This document shows, one piece after another, positions 11,604 to 21,009 of a stretch of 64,000 bases of DNA. The stretch's first letter is position 1. Every line of letters begins with the position of its first letter. Origin of the DNA: an uncultured delta proteobacterium (lineage in GTDB: Bacteria > Desulfobacterota > Binatia > DP-6); contig CAWFFN010000009.1 in the NCBI GenBank assembly GCA_963815115.1, positions 896,001 through 960,000 of the forward strand. Direction: 5' to 3'. Under the pieces are notes generated by a model. That model saw only the letters and a program-made list of their open reading frames with translations, was not told where the DNA came from and made no database searches. The position numbers and the translations under genes were made by a program.

Positions 11604-12739
11604 CGCGGGACGCCGAGCATCGCGGGTGTGCTCAGCGCGAGACGCACCAGCTCCGCCTGACGCCCCGTGCCGGTCTTGGCGAGGGCGCGCTTCAGCTGGG
11701 TGCGCGCCGTGTTGACGCTGATGCCGAGCTCGTCCGCGGCGTCCTCCACGCGGCGGCCCTGGACCAGCCACAGGACGAGCGCCGCCTCGGCTTGGGTCAC
11801 GCCGAGGTAGTGCTGCAGGCGTTCGACCGGCGCCTGGGGGGTCAGCTCCGGATCGGTGACGAAGACGATGACCTGCGCGCGTGCGTTCACCTCCGGGACG
11901 ATGGACGCGCGCAGCGGGGCTACCAGGACGTTGAGCGGCCGGCGCGCAGAGGGCCGGGTGATGGTGAGCGTCCCGTCGCCGTCCGATGCGCCGGGGGCCG
12001 TCGGCTCGGTCGCCGCCGCGATCAAGCGCCGGAGCGCGAGGGTTTCGCCGGGGAGCGCCGCGCGCAGGCCGTCGCGATCGGTCCGCAGGCCGTCGCCCGC
12101 GGCCAGCAGGTCCTCGAAGCTCCTGTTGGCGGCCACGAGACGTCCCTGACGGTCGAGCAGGACCACCCCGGTCGGGAACCAGTCCAGCGCCTCGACCACC
12201 TCGTTGCGCCGGGCCTCGGCCCGCGCGAGCTGGCGAGCGAGCAGGAGTCCGCGCGTGAGATGCGGCACCAGACGCCGGAGGAGCTCCCGCTCGTCCGGCC
12301 CGAACGCGGGCGCGCACCGCGGGCGAATCACCCGCAGCACCGCGAAGGCGTCCTCCTGCTTGAGCGGCACCGTACCGAGGAGGTGGAAGTAGCCCTGGGG
12401 ACGAAGGAAATCGTTGTAGAACTCCGACCGGACGAGCTCCTGGTCCGGTACCAGGGAGCTGCCCACGAAGACCTCTCGGGCCGGCAGCGTCCATATCTTG
12501 CGCCGGCGCAGGTCGTGGTCGACGTAGTAGCTGTCGTACGCCGTCCCCCAGGTGGGATCCAGGTCGACGGCCATTGCCAGCGTCGCCGGCCCCGTCGGCC
12601 CGGCGTACACGTAGAGAGCTGGAACGACGCTCCGCAGCGTCCCGGCCAGCGATCCGAGGAACCCCTGCCACCCGCCTCCGGCGGCCGCCTCGTAGAGCTG
12701 GTCCACGAGCGGCAGCAGCTGGGCCATCGGATCACGCAT
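11540..12739 (-). CDS. PAS-containing LuxR-type helix-turn-helix transcriptional regulator
   Basis: C-terminal GVTQAEAALV..LVQG..VEDAADELGISVNTARTQLK...KTG..RQAELV; PAS-like GVVLLDRQGRLVAAN. Confidence 0.85.
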   Translation of the reverse strand: MRDPMAQLLPLVDQLYEAAAGGGWQGFLGSLAGTLRSVVPALYVYAGPTGPATLAMAVDLDPTWGTAYDSYYVDHDLRRRKIWTLPAREVFVGSSLVPDQELVRSEFYNDFLRPQGYFHLLGTVPLKQEDAFAVLRVIRPRCAPAFGPDERELLRRLVPHLTRGLLLARQLARAEARRNEVVEALDWFPTGVVLLDRQGRLVAANRSFEDLLAAGDGLRTDRDGLRAALPGETLALRRLIAAATEPTAPGASDGDGTLTITRPSARRPLNVLVAPLRASIVPEVNARAQVIVFVTDPELTPQAPVERLQHYLGVTQAEAALVLWLVQGRRVEDAADELGISVNTARTQLKRALAKTGTGRQAELVRLALSTPAMLGVPRYEQPSASASTAASRPRSRIA

Positions 12740-12842
12740 GGTCGTCGGAAGGTCCGACGGCAGTCGTACACCAAATGGATCATGACTGGCCAGATGGGTT
12801 GGCGTACCCCCCCGTTCACCACCCGACAGGAGCCTTGCCGCC

Positions 12843-13085
12843 ATGGAGCTAGAACAACGAGGGATCGTCCTGGATTTCGACGCCCGGCGCCGCGCCTTGC
12901 TGGAGCACCGAAACCCGATGCGGTGCGTCGGCGCGGGTGACGACCGGGAGGTCAACTCTGCCTGGGACGAGCTGATGAAGCTGGTGATCCAGGCCTGGTC
13001 ATGGAGGGATCCGGAGAGCCTCGACGTCCTCGAGAGCGCGCTCGGAAAGCTCAAGCGGCGCATTGCTCACGACTGGTCGTCCTGA
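12843..13085 (+). CDS. hypothetical 80-aa protein
   Basis: AGGAG ribosome-binding site upstream of ATG; non-shadow composition; divergent from the LuxR gene. Confidence 0.6.
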   Translation: MELEQRGIVLDFDARRRALLEHRNPMRCVGAGDDREVNSAWDELMKLVIQAWSWRDPESLDVLESALGKLKRRIAHDWSS

Positions 13086-13104
13086 AGCGTCCCCACCGAG
13101 GGGG

Positions 13105-14025
13105 TCAACCGCGACCCGGTGGGGTCCCCCCTCCGCGGCGTTCCTCCAGCTCCTCGAGGGTACGCGGCCAGTCCTCGTGCAGGAGCCTCGATAGCGCGCG
13201 ATCGGCGAGCAGCTTGCCGCCGGTCTGGCACGTCGGGCAATAGTTGGTCTCGTTCTCTGCGTGCATGATGCGCTGCACCAACGTGCCGCAATCCGGGCAC
13301 GGCTTGCGGTAGCGGCCGTGCACGGCCATGTCGTCTCGGAAGGCCGTCACCTTCTCGGGAAAGCCCGTCCCGACCTCGGCCCGGATACGGGCCGCGAACT
13401 CGAGCAGCGTCGAGCGCGTGGCCGCATGGAGCCGCGACATCTCGTCGTCGGTCAGCTGGCTGGTGAGCTTCACCGGTGAGAGGCGCGCGCGGTGCAGGAT
13501 CTCGTCGGAGTACGCGTTGCCGATGCCGCTCAGGATGCGGGGATCGGTGAGCGTGCGTTTCAGCGTGTGCCGCTCCCGCAGCACGGCGGCGCGGAAGCTC
13601 CCGACGTCGGCATCGAGAGGCTCGAGGCCGCCCGCGTCGAGGGCCGCCAGGGCGGCCTCGCCACGGACCAGGTGAAGCGACGCGCGCTTCCTCGAGCTTG
13701 CCTCGGTCAGGAGCAACGTTCCGGACGAGAAGTCGAAGGCGGCCAGGCCGAGCTTCCCCGGAACCTTGGTTCCGGCGGGGCGCCAGCGCAGGCGGCCCGC
13801 GATCATCAGATGGATGGCGAGGAAGCGCTTCCCCTCGAGCTCGATGACGATGCGCTTGCCGAGCCGGCGCAGCCCGACGACACGCGTGCCGAAGATCTCG
13901 GACAGCGGTGGATCGACGGTGCGCAGCAGGAACGGGCTCGCGAGCCGGACGCGCTCCAGCCACTCGCCGGCGATGCGCGATCCGAGGCACTCGATGTACA
14001 CCGAGACGTCGGGCAGCTCGGGCAT
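13105..14025 (-). CDS. Fpg/Nei family DNA glycosylase
   Basis: N-terminal MPELPDV, HLMIAG, GIGNAYSDE (H2TH), CPDC...CPTC zinc finger. Confidence 0.92.
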   Translation of the reverse strand: MPELPDVSVYIECLGSRIAGEWLERVRLASPFLLRTVDPPLSEIFGTRVVGLRRLGKRIVIELEGKRFLAIHLMIAGRLRWRPAGTKVPGKLGLAAFDFSSGTLLLTEASSRKRASLHLVRGEAALAALDAGGLEPLDADVGSFRAAVLRERHTLKRTLTDPRILSGIGNAYSDEILHRARLSPVKLTSQLTDDEMSRLHAATRSTLLEFAARIRAEVGTGFPEKVTAFRDDMAVHGRYRKPCPDCGTLVQRIMHAENETNYCPTCQTGGKLLADRALSRLLHEDWPRTLEELEERRGGGTPPGRG

Positions 14026-14027
14026 GC

Positions 14028-14798
14028 CTAGCGAGCGGCGACGGCCGGCGCCGGCGGCTCGCCCCGCCAGCGCGCGAGCGTCTCGGCGATGTCGTCCCGC
14101 ACGCGATCGAGCAGCGCGGCGCGGTCCTCTCCCGCGCGTCGCGCGATGGGCGCGGCGATGTGCACGCGCACGCGGATGCCCCAGGGGACGGGCAAGAAGT
14201 TGTGCTGCAGCAGGCGCCAGGACTGGTCGATGGTGACGGGCACCACCGGCGTGCTCGGCGCCTCCTCGAGAAGGGCGAGAGTCCCGGCGGGCTTGAAGCG
14301 ACCGAGCTCGCCGACCCGCGCCCGCGTGCCTTCCGGGAAGATCATCGCCGAGGCGCCGCCCGAGGCCACGTGGCGGCCCAGCGCGCGGATCGCGTCCAGC
14401 GCACCCGGCGCGTCGGAGCGATCGATCAGCACGTGGCCTCCGCGGCGCAGATTGTACGACACGCTCGGGATCCAGCGTCCGAGCGAGCGTTTCGAGATGT
14501 ACTTCGGAAAGTTCGAGAAGAAGAGCGAGCCCAGGATGGCGATGTCGAACATGCTCTGATGGTTCGACACGATGATGTAGGAGCCCCAGGGCTGCACCTC
14601 GGGCGAGCGCTCGACGACGAGGCGCGTGTCGCAGATGCCGAAGGTGCGGACCAGCGTCCACTGCAGCGCGCCTGCGACGTACTCCTGCGGGCGCTGCCCG
14701 AAGAGGCGCGCGATGCGCTGCGCCACGTCGAAGGAGACCATCACCAGGCCGAAGACGGGCAGAAACACGAGCGTGGTCAGCCACGACACGAGCTGCAT
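14028..14798 (-). CDS. 1-acyl-sn-glycerol-3-phosphate acyltransferase (PlsC-like)
   Basis: NHQSMFD, IDR, FPEGTR motifs. Confidence 0.9.
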   Translation of the reverse strand: MQLVSWLTTLVFLPVFGLVMVSFDVAQRIARLFGQRPQEYVAGALQWTLVRTFGICDTRLVVERSPEVQPWGSYIIVSNHQSMFDIAILGSLFFSNFPKYISKRSLGRWIPSVSYNLRRGGHVLIDRSDAPGALDAIRALGRHVASGGASAMIFPEGTRARVGELGRFKPAGTLALLEEAPSTPVVPVTIDQSWRLLQHNFLPVPWGIRVRVHIAAPIARRAGEDRAALLDRVRDDIAETLARWRGEPPAPAVAAR

Positions 14799-14866
14799 AC
14801 CGGATCGCTATAGGCTGCCGGCGCCCGCGGCTTCAAACGCGCGGACGGCCGCGCTATGAGCGGAGC

Positions 14867-15667
14867 ATGGCCGACGCGCCCATCACGCTCGAGGGCTGGT
14901 ACACGCTGCACGGAATGTACGCCGTGGACTGGGGCCGCTGGAATGCGCTGGCGGTCGCCGAGCGCGACGCCGTCACGCGCGAGGCCGTTGCCGTGCTCGA
15001 GGACCAGGAACGACCGCAGGATGGCCACAGCGCCTGCTATTCGGTGCTGACGCAGAAGGGCGACCTCTGCTTCGTGCACTGGCGCCCCGACCTGGAGGCG
15101 CTGCGCCGCGAGGAGACCGCGCTCGATCGCACGCGCCTGCGCGCCTTCCTGACCCCGACCTACTCGTACCTGGCCGTGATCGAGCTCGGGACCTACGAGC
15201 TCACCGGACACGCCACGGCGATGCTCGGGCGTCGGGGGGTCGAGCCCGACTCGGAGGGCTTCGCCGAGGCGCTGCGCGAGGAGATGCAGAAGCTCGCGCG
15301 CCCGCGGCTCTATCCGGGGATCCCCGCCCAGCGCTACCTCTGCTTCTATCCGATGTCGAAGCGCCGGGGCGAGCAGGTGAACTGGTACGACCTGCCGGCC
15401 GGCGAGCGCGCCGGCTTCATGCGGGGCCACGGCGAGATCGGACGGCGCTACGCGGGGCGCGTCGTGCAGATCATCCAGGGCTCCGTCGGGCTCGACGACT
15501 GGGAGTGGGGCGTCACGCTGTTCGCCGACGATCCCCTCGTCTTCAAGAAGCTCATCTACGAGATGCGCTTCGACCCCGCGAGCTCGCGCTTCGCGCTCTT
15601 CGGACCGTTCTACGTCGGCATCCGGTTTGCCCCGAGCGCGCTGGGCGAGGTGCTGGGGACGTCGTAG
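14867..15667 (+). CDS. hemQ: coproheme decarboxylase (HemQ/ChdC)
   Basis: CFYPMSKRR...NWY.LP...M..HG..GR.Y, GSVGLDDWEWGVTLFADD, YEMRFD, FGPFYVG. Confidence 0.88.
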   Translation: MADAPITLEGWYTLHGMYAVDWGRWNALAVAERDAVTREAVAVLEDQERPQDGHSACYSVLTQKGDLCFVHWRPDLEALRREETALDRTRLRAFLTPTYSYLAVIELGTYELTGHATAMLGRRGVEPDSEGFAEALREEMQKLARPRLYPGIPAQRYLCFYPMSKRRGEQVNWYDLPAGERAGFMRGHGEIGRRYAGRVVQIIQGSVGLDDWEWGVTLFADDPLVFKKLIYEMRFDPASSRFALFGPFYVGIRFAPSALGEVLGTS

Positions 15668-15674
15668 GGCGAGC

Positions 15675-16586
15675 TCACGGCTCTCGAGGCGATCGTCCGG
15701 CGGCACGGTCGCCGTCTGCCGGCGAAGATGCGCCCTGTCCGAGCGCGCGCTGCAGGCGCCCCACCGGTCCGGCGAGGGTGTGCTGGGCAACCAGCCGCGC
15801 CAGCGTACGCGGGTGGGCCGGCCGCCTCGGCAGCGCGAGGCCGAGCCGCGGAAGGGGCACGTCCGCGACCGGCAGCACGACGCGCCGGGCGGCGGCGAGG
15901 TAGTCCCGGGCCGCCTCGAGACGCCGAGCCACCGCCGGCGCGAGGTCCGTCGCCGCCAGGAGCGCGTCGAGCGTGCCGTAGCGCGACACGAGCGTCGCGG
16001 CCGTCTTCTCGCCGATTCCCGGGACACCGGGCAGGCCGTCCGACGGATCGCCGCGCAGGAGCGCGAAGTCGCCGTAGGCGCGACCGGGAATGCCGTAGCG
16101 GCGCCCGACCTCCGCCTCGTCGACGACCAGCAGCGTGCTCACCCCGCGCAGCGGGTAGAGCACCTTCACGTCGGGATCGCGCACCAGCGCGAAGAGGTCA
16201 CGATCGCCGGAAGCGATCTCGATCGGCCCGCGGGCGTGGGCGGCGATCGTGGCGATGACGTCCTCGGCCTCGAAGCCGGCGCCCGCGGCGACGCAGACGC
16301 CGAGCGCCTCGAGCACCTCGCGGCCGAGGGTCTCCTGCGGCGCCACCGGGTCGGGCTCGTCCTCGGGACCGGCCACGCGGTGCGTCTTGTAGGAGGGCAG
16401 GGCGGCAACGCGGAACTCGGGCCGCCAGTCCTCGTCGACGGCGACGGCCAGACCGGAAGGCCGGCGATCGATCACCAGCCGGGCCAGCATGGAGAGGAAG
16501 CCGTACACGCCGTTGGCGGGCACGCTCGTCGGAAGCGAGTGGAAGGCGCGGTAGAGCAGGCTCGAGTAGTCGACCAGGAGCAGCAT
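15675..16586 (-). CDS. stand-alone 5'-3' exonuclease / flap endonuclease
   Basis: LVDYSSLLYRAFH, SYKTHR, FEAEDVIAT, SGDRDL, LRGDPSDGLPGVPGIGEKTA. Confidence 0.9.
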   Translation of the reverse strand: MLLLVDYSSLLYRAFHSLPTSVPANGVYGFLSMLARLVIDRRPSGLAVAVDEDWRPEFRVAALPSYKTHRVAGPEDEPDPVAPQETLGREVLEALGVCVAAGAGFEAEDVIATIAAHARGPIEIASGDRDLFALVRDPDVKVLYPLRGVSTLLVVDEAEVGRRYGIPGRAYGDFALLRGDPSDGLPGVPGIGEKTAATLVSRYGTLDALLAATDLAPAVARRLEAARDYLAAARRVVLPVADVPLPRLGLALPRRPAHPRTLARLVAQHTLAGPVGRLQRALGQGASSPADGDRAAGRSPREP

Positions 16587-16683
16587 GCGACGGCAGCAGA
16601 GCAGCGGCCGGCACCGCGGCGCAAGCCCGCGGGAGGTTCCGTCCTGGTTCCCCGGAGCGCGGTAGGCTAGGGTTCCGGCCTCG

Positions 16684-17898
16684 GTGCCTCCCGATCTGCC
16701 GAGCGCGGTGCCCGCCGGCATTCGCCGCGGAACCACCTACTTCCCCGAGCTCGAGTCGCTGCGCGGGCTCGCCATCGCGCTCGTCTTCGTCTTCCACGCC
16801 GACGCCGCGCTGCTCTTCCCTTTCGGCACCCGGACGGGCTCGGTGGTGCCGTTGCCGCTGGCGTTCGTGTGGGCCGGGCACAGCGGCGTCACGCTCTTCT
16901 TCGTGCTGAGCGCGTTCCTGCTCTCGCTCCCGTTTCTGGACGAAGCCTACGGCGGGCGGGCGGTGTCGTGGCGGCAGTTCTACGCGCGCCGCGCACTGCG
17001 CATCCTGCCACTCTACTGGGCGGCCGTGATCGTGGGGACGATCCTCACCTCGCGAGTGCCCGCCGATCTCTGGCGCGGGCTGCCGTACCTGGCCTTTCTT
17101 CAGTCGAGGCCAAACCTGCCCACCCCGATGCCGCCGTTCAGCGACGTCTGGTGGAGCCTGGCCACCGAGATGCAGTTCTACGCCGTGCTCCCGCTGCTCG
17201 CCCTCGGCTTCGGTCGCTCGCTCGGGGTCACCCTGGCACTCCTCGCCGTCTACGCGGTGGTCTACGCCGCGCTGGCGCTCGGCCTGGCGGTTCCCCACCT
17301 CGAGCCCTGGTTTCGCGCCCAGAGCATCATCGGTCGCGGCCCGCTCTTTCTCTCCGGCATCCTGGCCGCGTGGCTCTATCGCCGCCACGGTGAGGCCCTG
17401 CGCGCACGGCTCGCGGCGACGCGCTGGCTCGCGGCGGGCGGCGCGGACGTGCTCCTGGGCGCCGTGCTGGTCGCGCTCGCGTTCCTCCTGCGGTGGTCGA
17501 CCACCTGGGGCTTCATGGCCCTCGAGCCGACGCGGTGGCACGTCTGGCACGTGCCCGAGGGTGCGCTGTGGACCGCCGTCCTACTGATCCTGCTCCTCGC
17601 ACCGCTGCGGGCGAAGCTGCCGTTCTCGAACCCCATCCTCGCCCGGCTCGGTGTGCTGTCGTACTCGATCTATCTCCTGCACCGGCCGGCCTTCCAGTAC
17701 GGCCTGGATCTGACGCGACGTCTGCTGCCGCACCTCCCGGCCGGCTGGAGTCTGGCCACGACGGGCTGCTTCGTGATCGCGACGGTTCTCTGCGTCGGCC
17801 TCGCGACCGTCACCTATCGCTGGATCGAGCGCCCGTTCCTGATCCGTAAGGCGCGGCTCGATGGCGCGGCGCGCGCGGCGCCGGCGCGGGCCGCGTGA
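16684..17898 (+). CDS. acyltransferase-3 (OafA/YrhL-like) membrane O-acyltransferase
   Basis: LESLRGLAI, GVTLFFVLSAFL, RRALRILP, WSLATEMQFY, SYSIYLLH, YRWIERP. Confidence 0.9.
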   Translation: MPPDLPSAVPAGIRRGTTYFPELESLRGLAIALVFVFHADAALLFPFGTRTGSVVPLPLAFVWAGHSGVTLFFVLSAFLLSLPFLDEAYGGRAVSWRQFYARRALRILPLYWAAVIVGTILTSRVPADLWRGLPYLAFLQSRPNLPTPMPPFSDVWWSLATEMQFYAVLPLLALGFGRSLGVTLALLAVYAVVYAALALGLAVPHLEPWFRAQSIIGRGPLFLSGILAAWLYRRHGEALRARLAATRWLAAGGADVLLGAVLVALAFLLRWSTTWGFMALEPTRWHVWHVPEGALWTAVLLILLLAPLRAKLPFSNPILARLGVLSYSIYLLHRPAFQYGLDLTRRLLPHLPAGWSLATTGCFVIATVLCVGLATVTYRWIERPFLIRKARLDGAARAAPARAA

Positions 17899-17911
17899 AG
17901 CAGCCCGGAGC

Positions 17912-19345
17912 CTACCAGCCCACCTGGGCGCGATAGCGCAGCACGGCGTCGCCGCCGGCCGGCACGGGCACGTCGAAGGCGAGCGTCTGCGCGTCGACCT
18001 TGCGCGACGGCAGACTCGACTCGAGCACCTTCCAGTCGCCGGCGACGTGCTCGCGGACGACGACCGTCACGGCGGCCCGCTTCGCGTTGTGCAGCTTCAC
18101 CTCGTACGCGCTCTCCGCCTGGTAGGGTTCGACCTCGACCTTGCGCCAGTCGGTCTGCGTCCGGGTGACCACGACGTCCGACGCCTGTCCGAGCGCGATC
18201 TCCGCCGTCTCGTCCTTCGCCGTCTGCCGGAGCCAGTCCTCACCCACCAGCTGCCAGGCGCCGGAGGAATCGACCTGGTAGACCCGCACCGTCCCCGCCG
18301 GCAGATCGCGGCCGAGATGGTTGGCCTCCGTGTCGGCGACCGTGAGCACGACCGCGACGGGCACGCGGCGATCGGAATCGCGTATCGGCTGCCGGAACCA
18401 GGAGGGGTCGCTGCCCACCTGGTAGCGCCTCCCCACCGACACGCCCTGCACGCCGAGCAGCGGCAGCTGCTTGGTCTCCTTCTCCGCCAGCGAGGTCCGC
18501 CGGTCGAACGCATAGCGATAGTACTCCGCGAACCCCTCGGGCCGGGGCCCGGACTCGGGGGCCGCGGCGGTGGTCATCGCGCGCTTCACGGCGAGCCCCG
18601 GTGGCGGCGCGGCGCCACCCGCGCGATGCACCTCGCCCGCGATCAGCACGAGCGCGGCGTCGTCGTAGCGCGTCCCGCTGTCGTTCGTGAGCGCGGCCAG
18701 GGCGCTCACGTCGGCCCGGGTCTCATCGGCCTCGAGCACGATCGCATAGTCGGCCGACCACGACAGCCCCGTGATCGCGTACGACGCCTCGACCGTCCGG
18801 CGCGCGGCGCCGGAGTTGGCGACCCGCCAGCGCAGCGTCGGGCGCGTGAACACCTCGTCTGCGGTCGGCGGCAGGAAGAGCCAGCCCGGATGTCCCACCG
18901 CGATGCGGTCGCCGATGCGGTAGACGTTGCCACCCTCGGTGGAGAGGAGGGTCGCGGCCGTGATGCGGGTACGCAGCCGCTGGTCGGTGTCCACCAGCTC
19001 GACTCCGCGCCCCACCCAGCGCTGCACCAGGGCCTGCGGCGAGGCGAGGTCGAAGAGGTAACTCTGCTCGAGCACCGCGAGGGTGCCCTCGTCCTCCGTC
19101 GCGCGCAGGACGACGGAGCGCGGATCGAGCGTCGCCGCCACGTCCTCGAAGCGCACGGTGCTCTCTCCGGTCCCGAGGTCGACGGTGCGTGCCTCGCGCA
19201 CCACCGTCAGATCCTGACCCGAGTAGACGGTGAGCGCGACCGCCGTGCGCGCGTCCCGCCCGACGACCACGTCGGCGGTGGCCGGCCCGGCGAGTCCGGA
19301 CGCCAGGACCGCGACGAACGCGACCGGCAGACGGCGGGAGCGCAC
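17912..19345 (-). CDS. DUF4139 domain exported protein
   Basis: Signal peptide, VALTVY, GLSWSADY, ETKQL, LPAGTVRVY in the C-terminal half of ORF 17912..20818. Confidence 0.8.
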   Translation of the reverse strand: MRSRRLPVAFVAVLASGLAGPATADVVVGRDARTAVALTVYSGQDLTVVREARTVDLGTGESTVRFEDVAATLDPRSVVLRATEDEGTLAVLEQSYLFDLASPQALVQRWVGRGVELVDTDQRLRTRITAATLLSTEGGNVYRIGDRIAVGHPGWLFLPPTADEVFTRPTLRWRVANSGAARRTVEASYAITGLSWSADYAIVLEADETRADVSALAALTNDSGTRYDDAALVLIAGEVHRAGGAAPPPGLAVKRAMTTAAAPESGPRPEGFAEYYRYAFDRRTSLAEKETKQLPLLGVQGVSVGRRYQVGSDPSWFRQPIRDSDRRVPVAVVLTVADTEANHLGRDLPAGTVRVYQVDSSGAWQLVGEDWLRQTAKDETAEIALGQASDVVVTRTQTDWRKVEVEPYQAESAYEVKLHNAKRAAVTVVVREHVAGDWKVLESSLPSRKVDAQTLAFDVPVPAGGDAVLRYRAQVGW

Positions 19346-19401
19346 CAGGGGCGCTCTAGCAGATCTCCCGCGGCGAGTGGCGTGGCCGTCCCGGGCCGAG
19401 A

Positions 19402-20895
19402 TCAGCGCCGCACCACCAGCCCGGCGATGCGCCCGCCACGCGCGCGAGCGCGTTGCCAGTCGTCCTCCGAGACCAGGAAGCGCACCGGCCGTCCGTCGAT
19501 GGTGTCCTCGGGAGAGAAGACGACGAACAGCCCGGCCCAGCCGGGCATGAGGGCCGGGAAGTAGATGCTCGGCCCGAACGGCTTGTTCTCGATCAGCGCC
19601 ACCTCGCCCGGCGGCGTCCGGTCGGCCTGGGCCCTGATGCTCCGGAACACGTCCTCGAGGGCGGCGCGCTGCCGATCCGCCAGATCGATCGGGAACGGGA
19701 AGAGGACCAGCACGGCGAGACGGCCGAGCATCCAGAGACCCGCCGCTCCGGAGACCACGCGGGATGCGACGCTCCCGCGCGCAGCGATCTGGGCGAGCGC
19801 GGCGCACACGACGACGGTCAGGAGAGCCAGCGGGAGGTAGTGGTAGCGCGGAACCATCGCGGCCATCGTGAAGGGCACGTGGCCCGCCGCGTAGACGGCC
19901 GCCCGCCCCGCGGCCACCGCCCCGTAGGCGCTGCCCGCGAGCAGCGCGAGCGCGACGAGCCGGCGACGTCCGGCCGCATCGGCGCTCACCCCCGCGGCCA
20001 GCAGGAGCAGCGTCAGGACGCCCCCGCCCACGAGCTGCATCCAGTCCGGAAAGCGCTGGTTCGCGCCCAGCACGTCGAACAGGAGCGCACCGGCTCCGAA
20101 GCCGGCGAGATGCGCCGAGAGCGCGAGCGCTGCGGGCAGCAGCCCCGGATTGGAGAGCAGCGAGACGCCCGCGCGTGCCTCCGCCGTCATGTCGGGCGAG
20201 CGGACGAGGGCGAGCTGGTAGCCGACGACGGTCAGGAGGGCGCCGAGCACGAGCACGAGCGCACTGCGGCGGGGCAGCCGGTCTCCGGGCAGTGCCAGGA
20301 CGGCGGCGAGCGGGAAGGCGGCGGCGACGCCGAGGCCGGTCCCGAAGGACGTGGAGCCGGCGGCGAGCACGGCCGTCCACGTGAGGGCAAGCCGGGGGGA
20401 GAGCGCCCGCCCGCTGCGCAGGACGCGTCCGAGGCTCCAGAGAACGCCCAGCACGAGCGTGGTCAGGAGCACCTGGCCGTAGACCGAGTACCAGCCCAGC
20501 GTGCCCGCGAGAACGGGACACGTGCCCCACAGGGTGGCGCCGAAGCAGGCGAGGGTCACGCCCCGGGGCCGGACCACCTGTCGGATCACCTGGAAGAGCA
20601 GGACGGTGTTCAGCAGGTGCGTCAGCAGCACCGTCCAGGCGTACCCGCGCGGGTCGGCGCCGAAGGCCTGGAACATCGCCCACAGCGCGGCGTTGTAGAG
20701 GACCAGCAGGTGGCCGCCCCAGACCTGGCCGAGCAGGCTCGACAGGGGCCGCGTGGTGAGGTCGTAGAGATGGAAGAAGTCGTCGCCGCTGAAGTACCCG
20801 CGGCGCAGCGGGGCCCACACCGCGAACGTCGCCAGCAGGGGAACGATCGGCGCGAGGCCCTGTGCCCGCGGGGGCGCCGTGCGCGGGAGCTTCAC
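19402..20895 (-). CDS. polytopic membrane protein, GT-C/ArnT-like
   Basis: YFSGDDF near the N-terminus, HLLN, many TM segments, RYHYLP. Confidence 0.6.
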   Translation of the reverse strand: MKLPRTAPPRAQGLAPIVPLLATFAVWAPLRRGYFSGDDFFHLYDLTTRPLSSLLGQVWGGHLLVLYNAALWAMFQAFGADPRGYAWTVLLTHLLNTVLLFQVIRQVVRPRGVTLACFGATLWGTCPVLAGTLGWYSVYGQVLLTTLVLGVLWSLGRVLRSGRALSPRLALTWTAVLAAGSTSFGTGLGVAAAFPLAAVLALPGDRLPRRSALVLVLGALLTVVGYQLALVRSPDMTAEARAGVSLLSNPGLLPAALALSAHLAGFGAGALLFDVLGANQRFPDWMQLVGGGVLTLLLLAAGVSADAAGRRRLVALALLAGSAYGAVAAGRAAVYAAGHVPFTMAAMVPRYHYLPLALLTVVVCAALAQIAARGSVASRVVSGAAGLWMLGRLAVLVLFPFPIDLADRQRAALEDVFRSIRAQADRTPPGEVALIENKPFGPSIYFPALMPGWAGLFVVFSPEDTIDGRPVRFLVSEDDWQRARARGGRIAGLVVRR

Positions 20896-21009
20896 GGGAG
20901 GATGCGGCCGTCTCGGTAGCACGACGTCGGCGCGGCTTTCAAAGCCGAGCGACCGCCTGGGACCGGCGCGCGTTGCATGCACCGCGGCCCCCCGCTAGAC
21001 CCCGGCTCC

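Noticed and set aside
14867-15667. Chlorite dismutase assignment
   Set aside because: No signal peptide, and the motifs match Firmicute-type HemQ with Gln (VQII) rather than the catalytic Arg
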